A DNA stretch of 64,000 nucleotides from Antedon mediterranea. Lineage: Eukaryota > Animalia > Echinodermata. The stretch spans positions 28,960,437 through 29,024,436 of the forward strand of contig NC_092672.1 of NCBI RefSeq assembly GCF_964355755.1, in the 5' to 3' direction. Shown here piece after piece: positions 13,231-27,105 of this stretch. Made by a program: the position numbers and the translations under genes. Positions within the stretch are counted from its first letter, which is position 1. Each line of letters starts with the position of its first letter. The notes below the pieces were generated by a model that worked only from the letters and a program-made list of their open reading frames with translations, did no database searches and was not told where the DNA came from.

Positions 13231-16200
13231 TAGTTACGCATAGAAACAGGTTCTAAGATAACATAAATAATACATTTTGACATAACTTGACCCAAAAAAT
13301 GACCCTTTCACAAGGTCAGACATTTTCTGGGATTCAGTAGATAAGTAAATTTGGGAAAAGGTAGTAAAGCTATGTAATCAATTGTTTGTAGTCATGAAAC
13401 CCCATATTAAAAATATTGTACTTAGTTACGTATAGAAACAGTTGCTACAATACACTATAGGTAAAATGTTGATGTCATTTGACCTCAATATGTAAAATTT
13501 TTTTTTTTTTCATGAAACTCCATATTTAATTTTTTTTTAAATATCATTTGTTACGTAAACAGGTTTAAGATAACACTAAAGGTCATTTTTTTTTACCTTT
13601 ATTCAGATTCGTCAAGACTTTCTTTCTGAGATTATTAGGATTCAGTATTTAAAGTAAATTTGGCAAAAAGTAGAAATGTAAAACTATGTAGAAAAAATGT
13701 TTTTTATTTATGAAAAACCCCTTATTTTTTTTACATTTTCGCATAGAAACAGTTACTATGGTAAAATGTTGACCTCAAAATGAATGAATTTACAATGTCA
13801 AGTTTGTCATTAATGGAATGCAGTAGAAGTAAAATTGAGAAACATGTACAAATGCAATCAATTCTTTGTATTTATAAAAACGCCATTTTTTACGTTTTTT
13901 TAAAAATTACTTTCCTTAGTTACACATAGAAATGGTTGCTAAGGTAACACTATAGGTAAAATATGAAAATTGTTGAGAATTGTTATGAACTATCTTGTAA
14001 ATTTTGATCAAACATTAATAGTTGTAGTAAAGTGGGGACCTGTCCTGTTTTGCATTCGGACCCCTTTTGACCTCAAATGACCTATTTACAAGGTCAGATT
14101 TTTTGGGAGGTCTTTCTGTATCTCTTTACACAAAATAGATTTAAAAATTTATAAAAACCATTGACTCAATTATTTCCAAGTTTAACATTATTTTCCATCA
14201 ACTAAATATTTCAATGCAAAATACTGTTTTTCTGGCAATTAATTGAAATAAACCTGGCAACACATTCTCCTATTTTATCTAAACTATTCGTATGACTCTA
14301 GTAGCATTATGACAAGCCATATATACATTTTATTATTGGATTAGCCATATTTAAATTGTGTTTCATGTGTTTTGTTTGTTGATATTTTTTTATATTTTTT
14401 GCATTTTTCGTATTTTCCTGGCAACACAAAACCTATGTACGAAATTTACCCCAGTGTTTTTTTCGTGATTATTGTTGACAAACCTATTGACTATCAAATT
14501 ATAAAACCTCATTGATTTAAAAACACCACTTTGGAAGTTATAGGTACGTTTATGAGGTATACTTTTATAAAAAAAATATTTTTTAAAAACACCCCTTTTT
14601 AAAATAATGGTATCAACCAAACTCCATTTTGTAATTTATTTTTTTTCTACATTAAATGGAACTCAATACATGTTGTTTACACTGCTATAACCAAAAACTG
14701 TATACTGTAAGTATTTTTGGTTAAAATAAGTAGGCCTATACAAGTTTGTACTTTTTCACTATAGAAAATCTGTGAAAAATGGCAAAAACATCAAAATTTG
14801 GATAATTGACCGTTGTCATGGCAACGGAGGCTAAAAATTAAAATGAATGTTGTAGATATGCTTTTTATTGAAATGTCTATTCATGGTAAACATTTGAGAG
14901 AAATCCATTTTTTTACATCTGCCACCAAATCTTTGATTTTTACAGACAATGGCTCTTAAAGTTGTCTTACTGGCAATTGTAAAAATTAATTGTCATTCTA
15001 CTGTGTTCTGTTAAAATATGCACATAATCCGTTTTGAAAGTAAAACCAGTCTAGTAAAACTTGTCACGGATCGAGTTGGTCATTTTGTTGTACTCTTATG
15101 GTATGTTGACGTTGCAGGTATGTCATTTGCATACCATGTAGTTCTTAATAATGTGACGCGATATCACTAGATGGACGTATTTTAATTCAATACTGGTTTA
15201 CAGTTTTAAATCTATTTTTATCAATCAGCAGATTGCGTTTACAAATAACAACTGAAGATCGTGAATATTATTCATTAATCTATGATGTTGGGCAGTGCTA
15301 TGATTTCAGAACCAACTTCACATTCGAGTTGAATTTTCATTTTCGGTTGTTTTTTTTTTTTTGTTTTTTTTTTTGTTAGGTTGGTGAAAGGGGTGGGGAA
15401 TTGCGTGTTTTGTTTGTTTTATTGACTGTGGTAGAGAATGTTAGTTCCATTATAAGAATAAAGGCTGATATAAGCCTACCAAAAGAAACGTGACTGATAC
15501 GACTATTTGTCATTCTTCAATGTGTGATAAATAATATATTACGAGGACGCTGCTTTTTCAGAGTTGGTTCCAGGGCGATTTCAGTTTATGCATATATTAC
15601 AATTTAATTTGGTTGCTCTTGTCCTATTTAATATCAGTGCTTTTTGTTCTTATCAGCTGATCTTGATCCATCTCCCTAAGACAATGTTGCTTGATTAACC
15701 ATGCAGGGCCGTTGTACTTTACAGAGATGAGTTTTACAGAATGAAATACAATGACACACTAACAAAAATGCTGCATATGTTATCAGAATAACATTAGGTA
15801 TAATTGTATCAACTAACAATAGGTTCAGTTGAATAACAATATAACAATTATCAACTGTGTGAAAATTGTAAGAAAAGGATGATTTTGAGATCATCTTACT
15901 TTAAAACTCAATGCCGACGATGTTTCATAAAATGAAGAATTAGAAATAACATGACCTTGTAGGTAAGTAATTATAGGCATTAGAAATGCCGAAACAGCCA
16001 TAAAAACCGGTCAAAATAATAACAGAGTTACATTGAAAAACCTCCCTAAAATACAAGTGTTTTCTGTTATTTCATGCCGTTAATCGGAAATCGCCCGGAT
16101 TTTTGGGTACATAAAACAAAATATAATGTATGACAAAATGATTGGGAAAGTCAGAAGATACAGTCGCTTTTTCACGAGACACAAAACTCTTTCTGAAACT

Positions 16201-16593
16201 TAGTTGTTCAGAAAAGGTAGGCCTGTAGGCAACATAAGGTACAAAGTTGTGTGAATATAACAAATGTACTTTATAAAATGCTGATTTTATGTATAACAAA
16301 TATATAATGGAAAGTCACAGTTCTCAACAAAAAATAGGTAATCCAATACGACAATGATATACTAAAATTCATAAAGTGAAAAGTTACTCAATAATAATTA
16401 GTATTTGAGTCTTGCTGGAGAAGAAGGTCACGTGATTGGTCTATAATAACGAAAAGTAAACAGACTACGAGTTGGCAGACGACACATGTGAAAATGAAAC
16501 ATAAACAAAGAACTGAATAAAATGACTATATCAAACTACAGACCATCGACTAATGTAGGCCTACAGAGAAAAAATCATGGAAGCAACTATTAA

Positions 16594-16938
16594 AGATATT
16601 AGTGTCCCACAAAACGTGAAAAGATTAATAAAATAAATTAATAAAGACTTTAAATAGGCCATTTTGTAGTTTTAATAAAGTTATTCACTTCATTACAAAC
16701 AAAAAAACACTAATTATTCCACTTATAAAAAGAGAAAAGAAACATTTAATTTTAACCAACAACCATTTGTCTGGCAGACAATTCAAGTATTTTTTGCTTT
16801 AAATTACGTTTTTTTCAGGTAAATATTTGTGTTTTTTTTCGATCCCGTTTTTGGTAAAAGTGAATAAATATTATGTGACATTAAAATGGCATATTAAAAA
16901 AATAGAAAAAAAATATTTTGTAGGAGGACAATATATCT
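16594..16938. mobile_element. Kolobok-like MITE (TTAA-AGAT(A/G)TATTGTCC family)
   Basis: TTAA|AGATATTAGTGTCCC ... GGACAATATATCT|TTAA. Relatives at 26503-26872 and 27827-28370; single ends near 44800 and 57390. Confidence 0.75.
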
Positions 16939-18502
16939 TTAAACACTGTAAGGATCTTAATGAATACTTATCAATTTTATTCCTACTACGTGGCCTATAT
17001 AAAAATGATTAGTAGGCCTACATTGCTAGTGTCGTTTGTAGTTGAAGTTGAAATTGTAGTCCTTAATAATAATAGAGCCTTTTGATTTGTGATACTCTTC
17101 TTTTCCGTTTTGTATACAGTCATGTAGGCCTATGTTGCAGAGCGATCTGTTCACAGAATTAAAAAATGTCATGTGTTTTCTACGGTGCCATTTTTAATGT
17201 AAGTAGGTTACAAGGATTATTTTTGAGAAAAAAAACTATGGGTAACGTAAAATAAATTAACGAGCTTTTTCGGATGTTGAAAGTAGAAATCTTCAAATAC
17301 CATGTTGGGAATGAACAAAATTATTAAATATATTTTTAAAAGACATAATGAACGGTTATTTCTTTTAATAATTTCACTAACTTTTCCATTTCACCAATGG
17401 GCAAGTTCTGGTTGACTATTTTTCATCTTTAAATTACACACATATGTATATTATACATTTTTGTTCTAAATAAAGTTCGTTAAAGTTCACCTGTAATGAC
17501 TTCAAAATAAAAGTGTATTTTTTTTCGGGGATTTTTAGTCGCGCCAAACCCGACTCGACTCTACAGCTCTATTGTATACTTTTTGTTGGAGAATTAGTGA
17601 GCGCCCTCTAACATATGAAATAGTTCCCGAGAGAAGACAACAAAACCCTCTTCTCGGTTAGGCCTAGCCTAGGCTAGTACTTCGCTTTCATATTTGAATG
17701 TTCTTTAACAAACTCATGACAGCGTAGGTGGGTGTCACTGTCAGTTCGGTGATAATTATTACTACTCAAGTAGGCAAGGTCTGGGCCTAATAATGGACTA
17801 GGCCTAGCCTAGGCTAGCATCCAGCAGTGTAAGACTAAACTAAGAGTAGCAAGGCAACTAGCCTAGTAGGCCTAGCCTAACTAGGCTAGGCCTACTAACT
17901 AGCTAGCAGGCCTACTAGATGGGTCTAGCAGGCCTGGCTAGCTAGGCCTAGCAAGCCGGTGTCTTGCAGCCTACTAGGCCTATGCTATAAATGAGTAAGA
18001 GTCTAGAGAGAAGACAGAAAAAACAGCCTAGGCCTAGCTAGCTTACTTATGCCTAGGCTAATAGTAGTAAACTAAGTAGCCTAGGCTATTATCCTTTCGG
18101 TGATCAAGATAACCATTTTCTAGGCCTGGCCCTAGAGGCTAGGCCTATTTTATTATTATTAATATTAAACGTTTAATTTTTTAGCATTTAGGCCCTAGGC
18201 CTATCTTTTTTCATTTTTTTTAATGTTATTATTTGGACGCACCTTTTAATCCACAAAAAATGTACAATTTTGAATAATATAAATAAAAGTGAAGTTTCAA
18301 TTAATTATAATTATTATTTCCTCTAAACATTTATTTGGTTACCGTATTTGGTTGTACAGTATTCTACGTGAGACAAGCGATGTGGTTTCTCACTTGTCTA
18401 ATCCTAGGCTAGGTCCCAAAATGTAATTGGAGGGCGACCTATATTTTATGAAAAGTAATAAATTATTCATAAATTATATCATTTCAATTACATGCTTAGC
18501 CT

Positions 18503-18660
18503 ACACTCTATCACACTATTTTTGTGACAAAAAGTGTGATGTGCCCATATATGGACGTGATGATGTCATATAAAACTACAATATTTAGGCATATCACTAC
18601 CATATTTGGGCACATCACACTTTTTTTTTGTCAAACTAGTTTGATAGTGTTGACAGAGCT
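18503..18660. mobile_element. PIF/Harbinger-like MITE family (AGCTCTGTCTACACTATCAAAC ... GTAGACAGAGCT)
   Basis: One of at least eight copies. Others at about 22632-22770, 45916-46027, 48783-48923, 48969-49108, 52495-52635, 57665-57765 and 58210-58287. Intact ends are flanked by TAA/TTA. Confidence 0.75.
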
Positions 18661-18966
18661 TTTACATGCCTAGCCTACCTAGACTAAAAGTAAATGTGTC
18701 ATAATTTGATGATAATCTATATATATAATTATTGTTTATTGTATTTGATACAATTATTAATGTATTTTGAAACCAGGCTTAAAGCTCTATATTGAGCTTA
18801 TTTGGTCTTTTCCAGGCTTTGAATTTTTTATTTAATACTTTTAATTATTTTGTGAAATAAAAACAAACGAACAAATCTAATAAAAAACATATTTTGTCCT
18901 CCTTTGTTCTTCTAGGCTCTACTTGTATAGCAAGAAGTTCATAGTTGCCATAGGCCACAACCAAAT

Positions 18967-21900
18967 ATGTCAAGGCGCACATCTAGTGCTTTTAGGAACT
19001 TTCAAAGCAATGAAGATCGTTCAGGCCTTCGAGCAAGCCCAAGAATTTTAAACCTCTCAAAACGTATCGTAAGTCCAGTAAAGATAAAGATAGCCAGTCC
19101 AGACGTTGTTCGGTCACCGATTGCCCTGTAAGTCCAACCATTCTTTTACTCTTCATACAGATACTGTTAGACTACATGGCTACGTTTTGTTCTAAAAAAA
19201 TGTAACAGTTGATTCGCAGCGTTCTATAGAGGGCCGCGGATATAGACACGGAGTTCAATGAGTGTGTTTGTTTGATTGGCAGCAGTGCTTTAGTATAGGC
19301 AAGCGCGTTGGAAAATTGTTTGATGTCACCGTCGATGCATATTCTTCTATTCCTTAATCCATGGTTATACATAAGGTGTGATGCACATTGGAAAAATGAC
19401 TCACCTCTCCCCGAGGGTCACATAGTGCGTCATAAAATAATAAATAATAAAGTGCATAATGTGATTGTGGAATTAAGAATTTCCAGGATTTAAATTATTA
19501 CACCTTACTTTCTGTGTAAATGTAAAGGTACATAGGCATTGAATTTTCAGCAATACCGAGGCTGCCATATCGGTCTACTGTACTTATGACCTGTTGAACT
19601 TGAGTTTATGAGATTAAAATCTGGTTTACGAAAGTTTACCGAAATCCTTCACAAACATTTTGAGATGTTGAACCACGTATTTGCCATGACCTTTCACCCC
19701 TTATTTCTGAATTTAGTCTCCAACATGCACATACGTATTCTAAAACTACATACAGTACTTCTTGAACATTCTTATCATTTCTAAATATCCAATTTTTTAG
19801 GTTCAGGAAATTAGATGCAGAAATAAAAGCTGACCCTTGCAGTAAAGAGAGCGTGATATCCGCCATCAGAAAATGTCGTAAACGATCTGTGAATTCAGAG
19901 AAGGATCGTTCTGAAGCGAATTTAACAGAGGATAATAACAAAACTAAGAAACTGTAAGTCCCTGGTCTTTCAATCAATCAATTTTGGATGCGGATTAGGG
20001 TTATAGATGGCGTACACTACATGTGGGTCAATTGTGATCAGTTAATGACAGCTAGCCTCACTGTGCAACAAAAATAAACATGCAAAAACGAAAATATAGT
20101 ACTCGCACACATATAATGACGATTTGCACTCTCAATGATGTCATTAAGAGTGCAATTGAACATTTATTTTAATATCATGTGACCCACAATCCTCCAATCA
20201 AATTGCATTGCACCTTCAAAACACTGTTAATTGTTGCTTTACTCTTTAGTTTAAAAAACTAAAACTTTGTAACATTTATTTGATGCTAGGCGAAATGAAA
20301 TCAACTTTAGAAGAACACCTTCTCCTCTGCTCACCGTTGACAACAACGTCTCCAACAATGAAGTCAGTCAGAAGGTAGCTGTTAATCAGCCTCGTCTTAG
20401 CATGAATTATGGGATTGTATCAAAGACGCCACGCAACGCTATATTCAGTTCGTTTAGCTCCTCTAGATTAGCTTCCAATAATGTGAGTTTTTACTGTGTT
20501 TTTTAGATTAAAATTGAATTTTGATAACGAAACTTCACAATTTGACACCAATATTTCAGAAGCTATTTATATGTAGGAGACAATTAACGCGATTAAACAC
20601 GAAAATTATCTCTACTCGATATTAGTGTATTGGATCTTTTTAATCCATTGTATTGTATAGTTTTAAAGCCTTTATTTGAGGTAATTTGTCAAACAAACAG
20701 TATTGAATCTTGTTTTTGCCAAAAAGTGGCTATTGTCAAGTTAAGCTTACGTGTTGATTGGGCAATGAGTAATCAATAGTGTAGTTCAAAGCCTCTATTT
20801 GCATGAGGTAATTTCTCCAATGATAAAAAAATTAAATTTGTGGTATTGTGTACAAACCACCTGCGCTCACCTAGTGTTCCCTTCATAGACGGCAGTTGTG
20901 ACTATAGATTTTAGACTTTGATTTTATACAGTTGACAGAATGCTTTTTGTTAAAAATTATGTAATTTTTGTGACTATTTTAGTATGATCTTTTGACTTAG
21001 TCATTTTTTTTTTTAGAATTTCTAAAATTTGTTTTTTTATTTCATGCACAGATTATGAAATTAAAAGATGGAATGAAATGGAGCAAATAACAAAATAAAT
21101 ATAATAATAATAATAATTTTTTTTTTAACAGAAAAAAAGATTATTTGAAGAGACTGTATTGGAGGAGGATGATGTTGTTCCTTCTAAGAAGTTTATTCAT
21201 GCTTTGCAGGAGAAAAAGTTACCAAATACCAATATGTAAGTGGCAATCTTAAATCGCCTGAAGGATGTGCGGCTCCCTAGATAATGGCTTTGTGTGTACT
21301 AGTACACCTGGGTAACCTCCTACTCGCCTCGTAAAATGTACTAGGTTAAAAATTTTGGTCGGTTGGACTTGTGCAACATTAAAAAAAGTAATTCACAAAT
21401 AATGCACAAGTCGGAGTGTGTTAGTGGAGATGAGGCGCACTTGAGGGTATTTACAATGGTGCGACATGCGCAACATTGTAAATACCCGAGAGTGCTCCAT
21501 TAACATACAAATTTACAATTTTCATTTACCTTTTTGGGTGAATACACCTAGGCCTAGCCTAGAAAGAAGCTAGACCTAACATGGCAAGTACCACTGCTCG
21601 GCGACCAAATCACCGCCTAGGCCTAGCAAAATGGACAAGATATACAAGTGGTGTGTGTTTTTTTTTTTTTTATTTGGGCCGCGGGACAGGCAACCTGGTT
21701 TGTACTTGTAAATCGTGCAGAGAGCCTAGCACGATCGGTACTCACTTCAATACGATTTACATGTAGAGTGCTGTTATGCATTTGCTGCACACTTTTTGCA
21801 CTCCAGTGCATGATAGTGAAAAAAGAAAGAGCGCACACATGACTCATCTCAGCGCATCTGATTGGCTACATCCTTGAACCCATGTTATAAATTGTTTTAA

Positions 21901-24900
21901 TAATTCAAGTAATATTTTTATTACAGTAAAGAGGTGTCTGTATCAATAGTTGGTAAATCTTCAAACCAATCAGCAAAGAAACACGATCAAGAAAAAGTTA
22001 AAAGCTCGGAAACTGAATCGGACGGTCAGCCGAAGCTTAAAAGGACACAGGGTCATCGGAAAATGCCAACATTCAGCGCCATAGGAAGCAGTATATTTGT
22101 AGTGAGTAAAATAATTAGGAAGGCCAGCTGCATAAATATGACCAACCCATGTGCGACTAATAAATTAAATAATCATTTTATTGTAAGTGTAGTTTAATAA
22201 CCCATAGATATATGAGAATATCAATATAAAAAAAGAGAAAAATTGGCAACAGGTAATTACAGGTCCTCAAACTGATTGTTTAAAACAGTAACTCTGTGTA
22301 CTCCTAGTACCACAGTTTTAAAGTTGCCGATCCAGTTATAAAGTTTATAAGTACAGTAAACTTTAAATCTATTTATTGTTTGTATCCACTTACAGAATTA
22401 TATTTTTATTTATAGCCTTCAAGTACATCATTTGAATTCACAGCGAAAGACTTGGCTGAGACGAGATACCAAGCGGAACAACGTGTGAAACTCCTTAGGC
22501 AAGAACTTAAAGAACAGGATGAACTTGGTGAGTTAAGTCAACCCTAAACTCTTAATCATAAACATTACAAAAACTGTCTAAATTGATTAAAGTGTCTGAA
22601 ACCAAAACTTGTTTGAAGCAATTAAAACTAAAGCTCTGTCTACACTATTAAACTAGTTTGTGCCAAAACATGATAGTGATATGCCCAAATAAAAAGAAAA
22701 ATATCACATTCTGTCCATATGGGCATATCACATTTTTTTGTCGCATAAAGTTTTATAGTGTAGAAAGAACTCAATATTCTCCCAGTCCTGGACTTTTTAC
22801 CGTTTTAAAACGATTTAATTATCTGTGTGTTTTTTTTATAGAGCAAACTAAATTAAAAATAAAGACTAAAGTAGAAGGATCTGGTTATGTTTTGGGAACC
22901 CAGACAAATACCCCGTCACTTAATATTGAGACGCCAACGACTGGAAAAGGACTACCACAGCTAACATCGTTAATCAAACAGCCTAGTATACAAGAACCTG
23001 TGAAGACTTCAGAATTGTTAACCCAGCAAACTGGTGCCAGTTCAGCTATGCCTACTTTCTTGCAAGGTCTTGGAAAGTCATCTGCTTCTACCATTCCTCC
23101 TTCAAATCTCTTAACATCCACTACTGCCAAGACTGGTTCTCTCACAACTGTAACTCTTGGGCAGAAATTATCAACAGGTGGACTTGGAATGTCTTCTCTG
23201 ACACCAGTCTCATCAACGCAAGGTACTACTACGCCAGTAATCAACTTCGGTACCAGTTCGAAGGTCACACCAGCGGCTACCAAAACCAATACCTCTTTGA
23301 ATCCAGATCTATCAATTAAGAATGCTTCAAATACTCCTTCAGGATTTCAGTTTGGAACCAGTGAACCTAAACCTTTCTCTCAAACTGGTTCTACATCATT
23401 ATCTAGTGCTGGACAAGGATTCAAGTTTGGTGGAACTGGTGACAGTGCTGCTAGCGCTAAATTTCCAGTTGGAGGAACTGTTCTTGGAAGCAGTCCATCC
23501 CTTAACCAACCTACCAGCGTGCCATCGACTTCAACTGGTAGCTTCACATTTGGTGGATCAATGACCACCAATAGTAACAATCAAACTAGTAAAGAACAGA
23601 ATAAGTCAATGAATTTACCAAGTTTCTCAACATCCAGTGGTTCTATAACTGGTAACACAGGTTCATTTGGTGGTGCAACAGTGAGCTCAAATATTTTTGG
23701 TGCCACTACGACTGGTGCAAGCGCCCCATCCACTCCAGCTCAACAAGCATCCTCATCCTCCTTCCAGTTTAAAGCCTCTGGCAGCTCCGGTAATTTGTCT
23801 GGTCTTTCATCCGGATTGTTTCCGTCAGGGATTACTAATAGTGTTTCTTCACAATCGCAAAAGAGTACGTTTAAACCGATATTTGGTGATACCCTTCAAT
23901 CCATGTCAACAGCGATGACGCCACCTAAACAAACATTTAACCCGATCTTTGGTGCACCCAACAAAAGCAAGCCACCTCAAGGTGGATTTAACTTCCAACC
24001 AGGTGTAACGTCCGTATCAACAGGTGGTCAAACTTCAACACCTGCATTTGCCTTTGGTGCTAAGAGTTCCTCTACTTCTGGTGTTTCCTCTGGTATTACA
24101 TCTGGTATGCCATCTGGTATTGCTTCAGGCATTGCTTCAGGTACAACTGGCAACAATAGTGGTTTTAATTTTGGATCAAGCACCACTAAAAACACCTCAA
24201 ATACAATGACAGCAGGAGCCAGAACCGGTTTAAATTTTGGTAAGTAAATAATGAAGTCACAATGCCTTCAAATTTGAACTTTACCCAAAGTATAATAATA
24301 AACACAAAATAATGATTATTACAGCTTGTCCCAAGATATTTAGAAACTTTATTTGGTCAAATTTACCATAAGTTACATAACATTGGCTCTGTGTTTCGTG
24401 TAAACTTCCTCTTTTATGACCTCTCTGTGTGACCTTTCTGTTTTGAAATTATGTACTACTGTACCACCTGCTGTATAAAATCAAACAAGATAAGAATACT
24501 TGGCATTTAATAGACATGTGGACTGTTCCATTCTTATGGAATGGTTAGTAGTTCTATAGTATTAATATAACATTCTTGTGTATTTTTACTGTAGGTACTT
24601 CGCAAGCACTAAGTAGTGGCTTTCAATTTGGCCAATCAAATCCCACTAATCTTCAAAGCACTCAATCTGGTGGGATGTTCAGTCAAGCTCAAGCAACACC
24701 AGCGTTTGGCCAGACCACACAGAGTATGACCGGGTTTGGACAGTCCAGTGGCTCCGCATTTGGACAAACAAGTAAACCGACCTTTGCCCCGTCTGCAGCA
24801 AATAGCTTCGGTCAACCAAATCAAACTAACATGTTTGGACAACCTGCTCAAGCAGTTCCTTCATTCGGCCAGAGTTCTTCTCAGCCGGCCTTTGGTCAAG

Positions 24901-25728
24901 CGTCCAGTCAAGGTGCTAACACAGGCTTTCAGTTTGGTGCTGCTTCTGCTACGCCGCCTTTTGGGGGATTTGGTCAAGCTAGCCAAGCAGCAACTCCGGC
25001 TGCTTCCCAGCAAATGACTCCATCGTTTGGACAGAGTGATAATGCAAAACAGGGCTTCAACTTTGGTGGATCAGGTAGGAGACTATTTTTAAAATATCCT
25101 AAAATATTGCTATTGGAGTGAAACAACCCAAGTTTCTTATTAGTTCAAAATAATATAGACCAGGACAATCGCATTAAAGCTCAGGTACAGGCATACATTT
25201 TAAATATAATATCTCGTAGTGTAAATAAAGCAAATGTGTTTAACAGAAATCATGACATAAAAACATGAATTTTCCTTAAAATTGCCAGATACAAAATTTG
25301 ACAAATTTCTGCTATAAAAGACAGACTTTTTTTAGTAGTTGGGTAGTTTAACCAATGCAATACTATATCCGGCAACTCCTTAGAAAGTGAAGACAGAGTT
25401 GTAACATTACAATATCAGGAAACAATAAAACATTCATGAGAAAGAGCACCTTTTCTGCACTCTTAACCGCTCCATTTGCTTGACACAGAGTGATTCTTAT
25501 TGACCTTTAAGATTGTGTCCGCTGATCAAGACACCTTATTTAATGTAAGATAATGTTATTTAATGTATTTGTTTGTTTTCAGGAGTGTCTCCTGCACCAA
25601 ACTTTGGTTCCGGTGGATTCATGACGCCAGCAGGACAGAATCAAAATTTTTCTGTAGGGGCCGGTGGAACGATAGCCAGGGACCGAAAGAAATATGCTGC
25701 CCGCAGAAAAGTGAATAAAAGGAGGTGA
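18967..25728 (+). CDS. POM121: POM121-family FG-repeat nucleoporin (about 973 aa)
   Basis: Phase-consistent GT-AG exons: 18967-19127, 19801-19953, 20290-20482, 21132-21235, 21927-22101, 22416-22527, 22842-24239, 24595-25074, 25583-25728. Motifs resembling POM121: SPVKIKIASPD (cf. SPVTVRIAPPD), ADPCSKESVISAIRKCRKR (cf. PDPCAKETVLSALKE), RNAIFSSFSSSR (cf. RNAITSSYSSTR), FTAKDL (cf. ITAEDL). FxFG/PxFG repeats and basic tail FSVGAG...AARRKVNKRR. No RanBP2 zinc fingers, arguing against Nup153. Start codon uncertain. Confidence 0.82.
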
Positions 25729-26502
25729 TCCGGCCGTATGTAGGTTTTATACAAATTCAAGGAAGGTATTTTTGTGGCCACTGATTGGTGGTTTGCCTCA
25801 CTTCAAAACGTGGCTCTATTTACTAAGGAGTTGTGAATTTATTATCGCTACAAAATAAAATACAAAAACAAAAAAGGCATTAATATGAATTTGTTATGGT
25901 GCATTGGCCACCAGAAAGTGCATTCCTGTGCCCTCATGTTTGAAGGAATGATGCCTGTTTAGTTGTATACAATTTTACTTATTCTCGCATTTGTTATTTT
26001 GTACATTGCGGCCAATAACATAAACTTTGAAAGATAGTTGTCACAACATGAAATGGCACTATTGAAAATGGATGGACGATTCAAAATCAAATTCACAATT
26101 AAATTAAGGAATGGATATTTTGCCATAATTAAAAAGAATAATGCTGTATAGGGTATGTAAATATTTTGTGTTCATGGTTACGATAAATTTTTAAAACATT
26201 GTTTGCAAAATATACTAAAATTTATTCTGCGTCAAAAGTGATAAATTATTGTTCAAATTGAATTTCTAAATCTGTGTTGTATTGTAACACTTCCAATACA
26301 ATCTTTGTAAAAAGTTTCTGTAAATGCTGCAGCATAGACCAGAAAAACCTTAGTGTACCACATTTTATTTGTCGAAAAATGTAGTATATTTGTAATTTGT
26401 AGCGATGTTATCATCATGGCAGTATGTGAATATTATATTTTGTCAAATAAAAGTAAATGGAGCAGCATGTTATAGTATTTGTAATAATTTCAATAATTTT
26501 AA

Positions 26503-26872
26503 GGATATATTTGTCTCCCTGAAAATAATACTTTAGTTATTCACTTTGACCAAAAATTGAATTTGAAAAACAAAATTGAAAGGGGATTTTGGTTTGAAAT
26601 CATTTTGTTTTTTGAGTTTTTTTTTAAGGAATATAACTTTATTTAAAGTTTTATTGTCCCTATTATAAAAGATAAAAAGTTATTCACTTCCATAGAAAAA
26701 AAAATGTAACCAAAATCCATTGACTTCCAGTCAATTTGTCTTTTTTCTGATTTTTTTTTCAGGTAAATAATTTTGTTTTAATCCAATTTTGGTCAAAGTG
26801 AATAACTTCATGACATCAAATAACATATTCAAGAAAAATTTGAAAACAAATATTTGTTCAGACAATATATCT
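26503..26872. mobile_element. Kolobok-like MITE
   Basis: TTAA|GGATATATTTGTC ... GACAATATATCT|TTAA, similar to 16594-16938. Confidence 0.7.
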
Positions 26873-27105
26873 TTAAAACTACAGTACAGTTTAACAAAGT
26901 ATGGTATATGAAAAATACACCTCTACAAGCCAGATTGTTAGGAAATAGTTTATTAAAATAATCTTATTATTAGTATTAATATCTTTTGCACAAATGATTT
27001 TTACAAATATAAATTGTAAAACTAATGCTATTATTATTTTTTTAAATACACTTTGCTTTTGCTGATTAAAGGTTATCTTCAATTTCATCATTATAAAATA
27101 TTTTC

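Larger units (their letters stand above)
8138..14955. mobile_element. 6.8-kb non-autonomous Kolobok-like DNA transposon carrying nested insertions
   Basis: TIRs GAGCCATTGTCTGTAAGAATCAAAGA... and ...TCTTTGATTTTTACAGACAATGGCTC, flanked by TTAA at 8134-8137 and 14956-14959. Purine-purine terminus, subterminal CATGGCAAC motifs, internal ~190-bp repeats (9565-9770, 13231-14100). No transposase ORF. Confidence 0.8.

Noticed and set aside
15000-16500. Possible gene near the E-box/CCAAT/TATA-like cluster GGTCACGTGATTGGTCTATAA at about 16426
   Set aside because: No coherent spliced ORF on either strand.
17238-17730. Candidate upstream coding exons for POM121 (ATG at 17238 or 17698; open stretch 17539-17656)
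   Set aside because: No convincing splice combination gave an open frame with a hydrophobic helix; left unresolved.
18967-25728. Nup153, Nup214 or Nup98 assignment
   Set aside because: No RanBP2 zinc fingers, beta-propeller or GLFG/autoproteolytic domain; POM121-type motifs are present instead.
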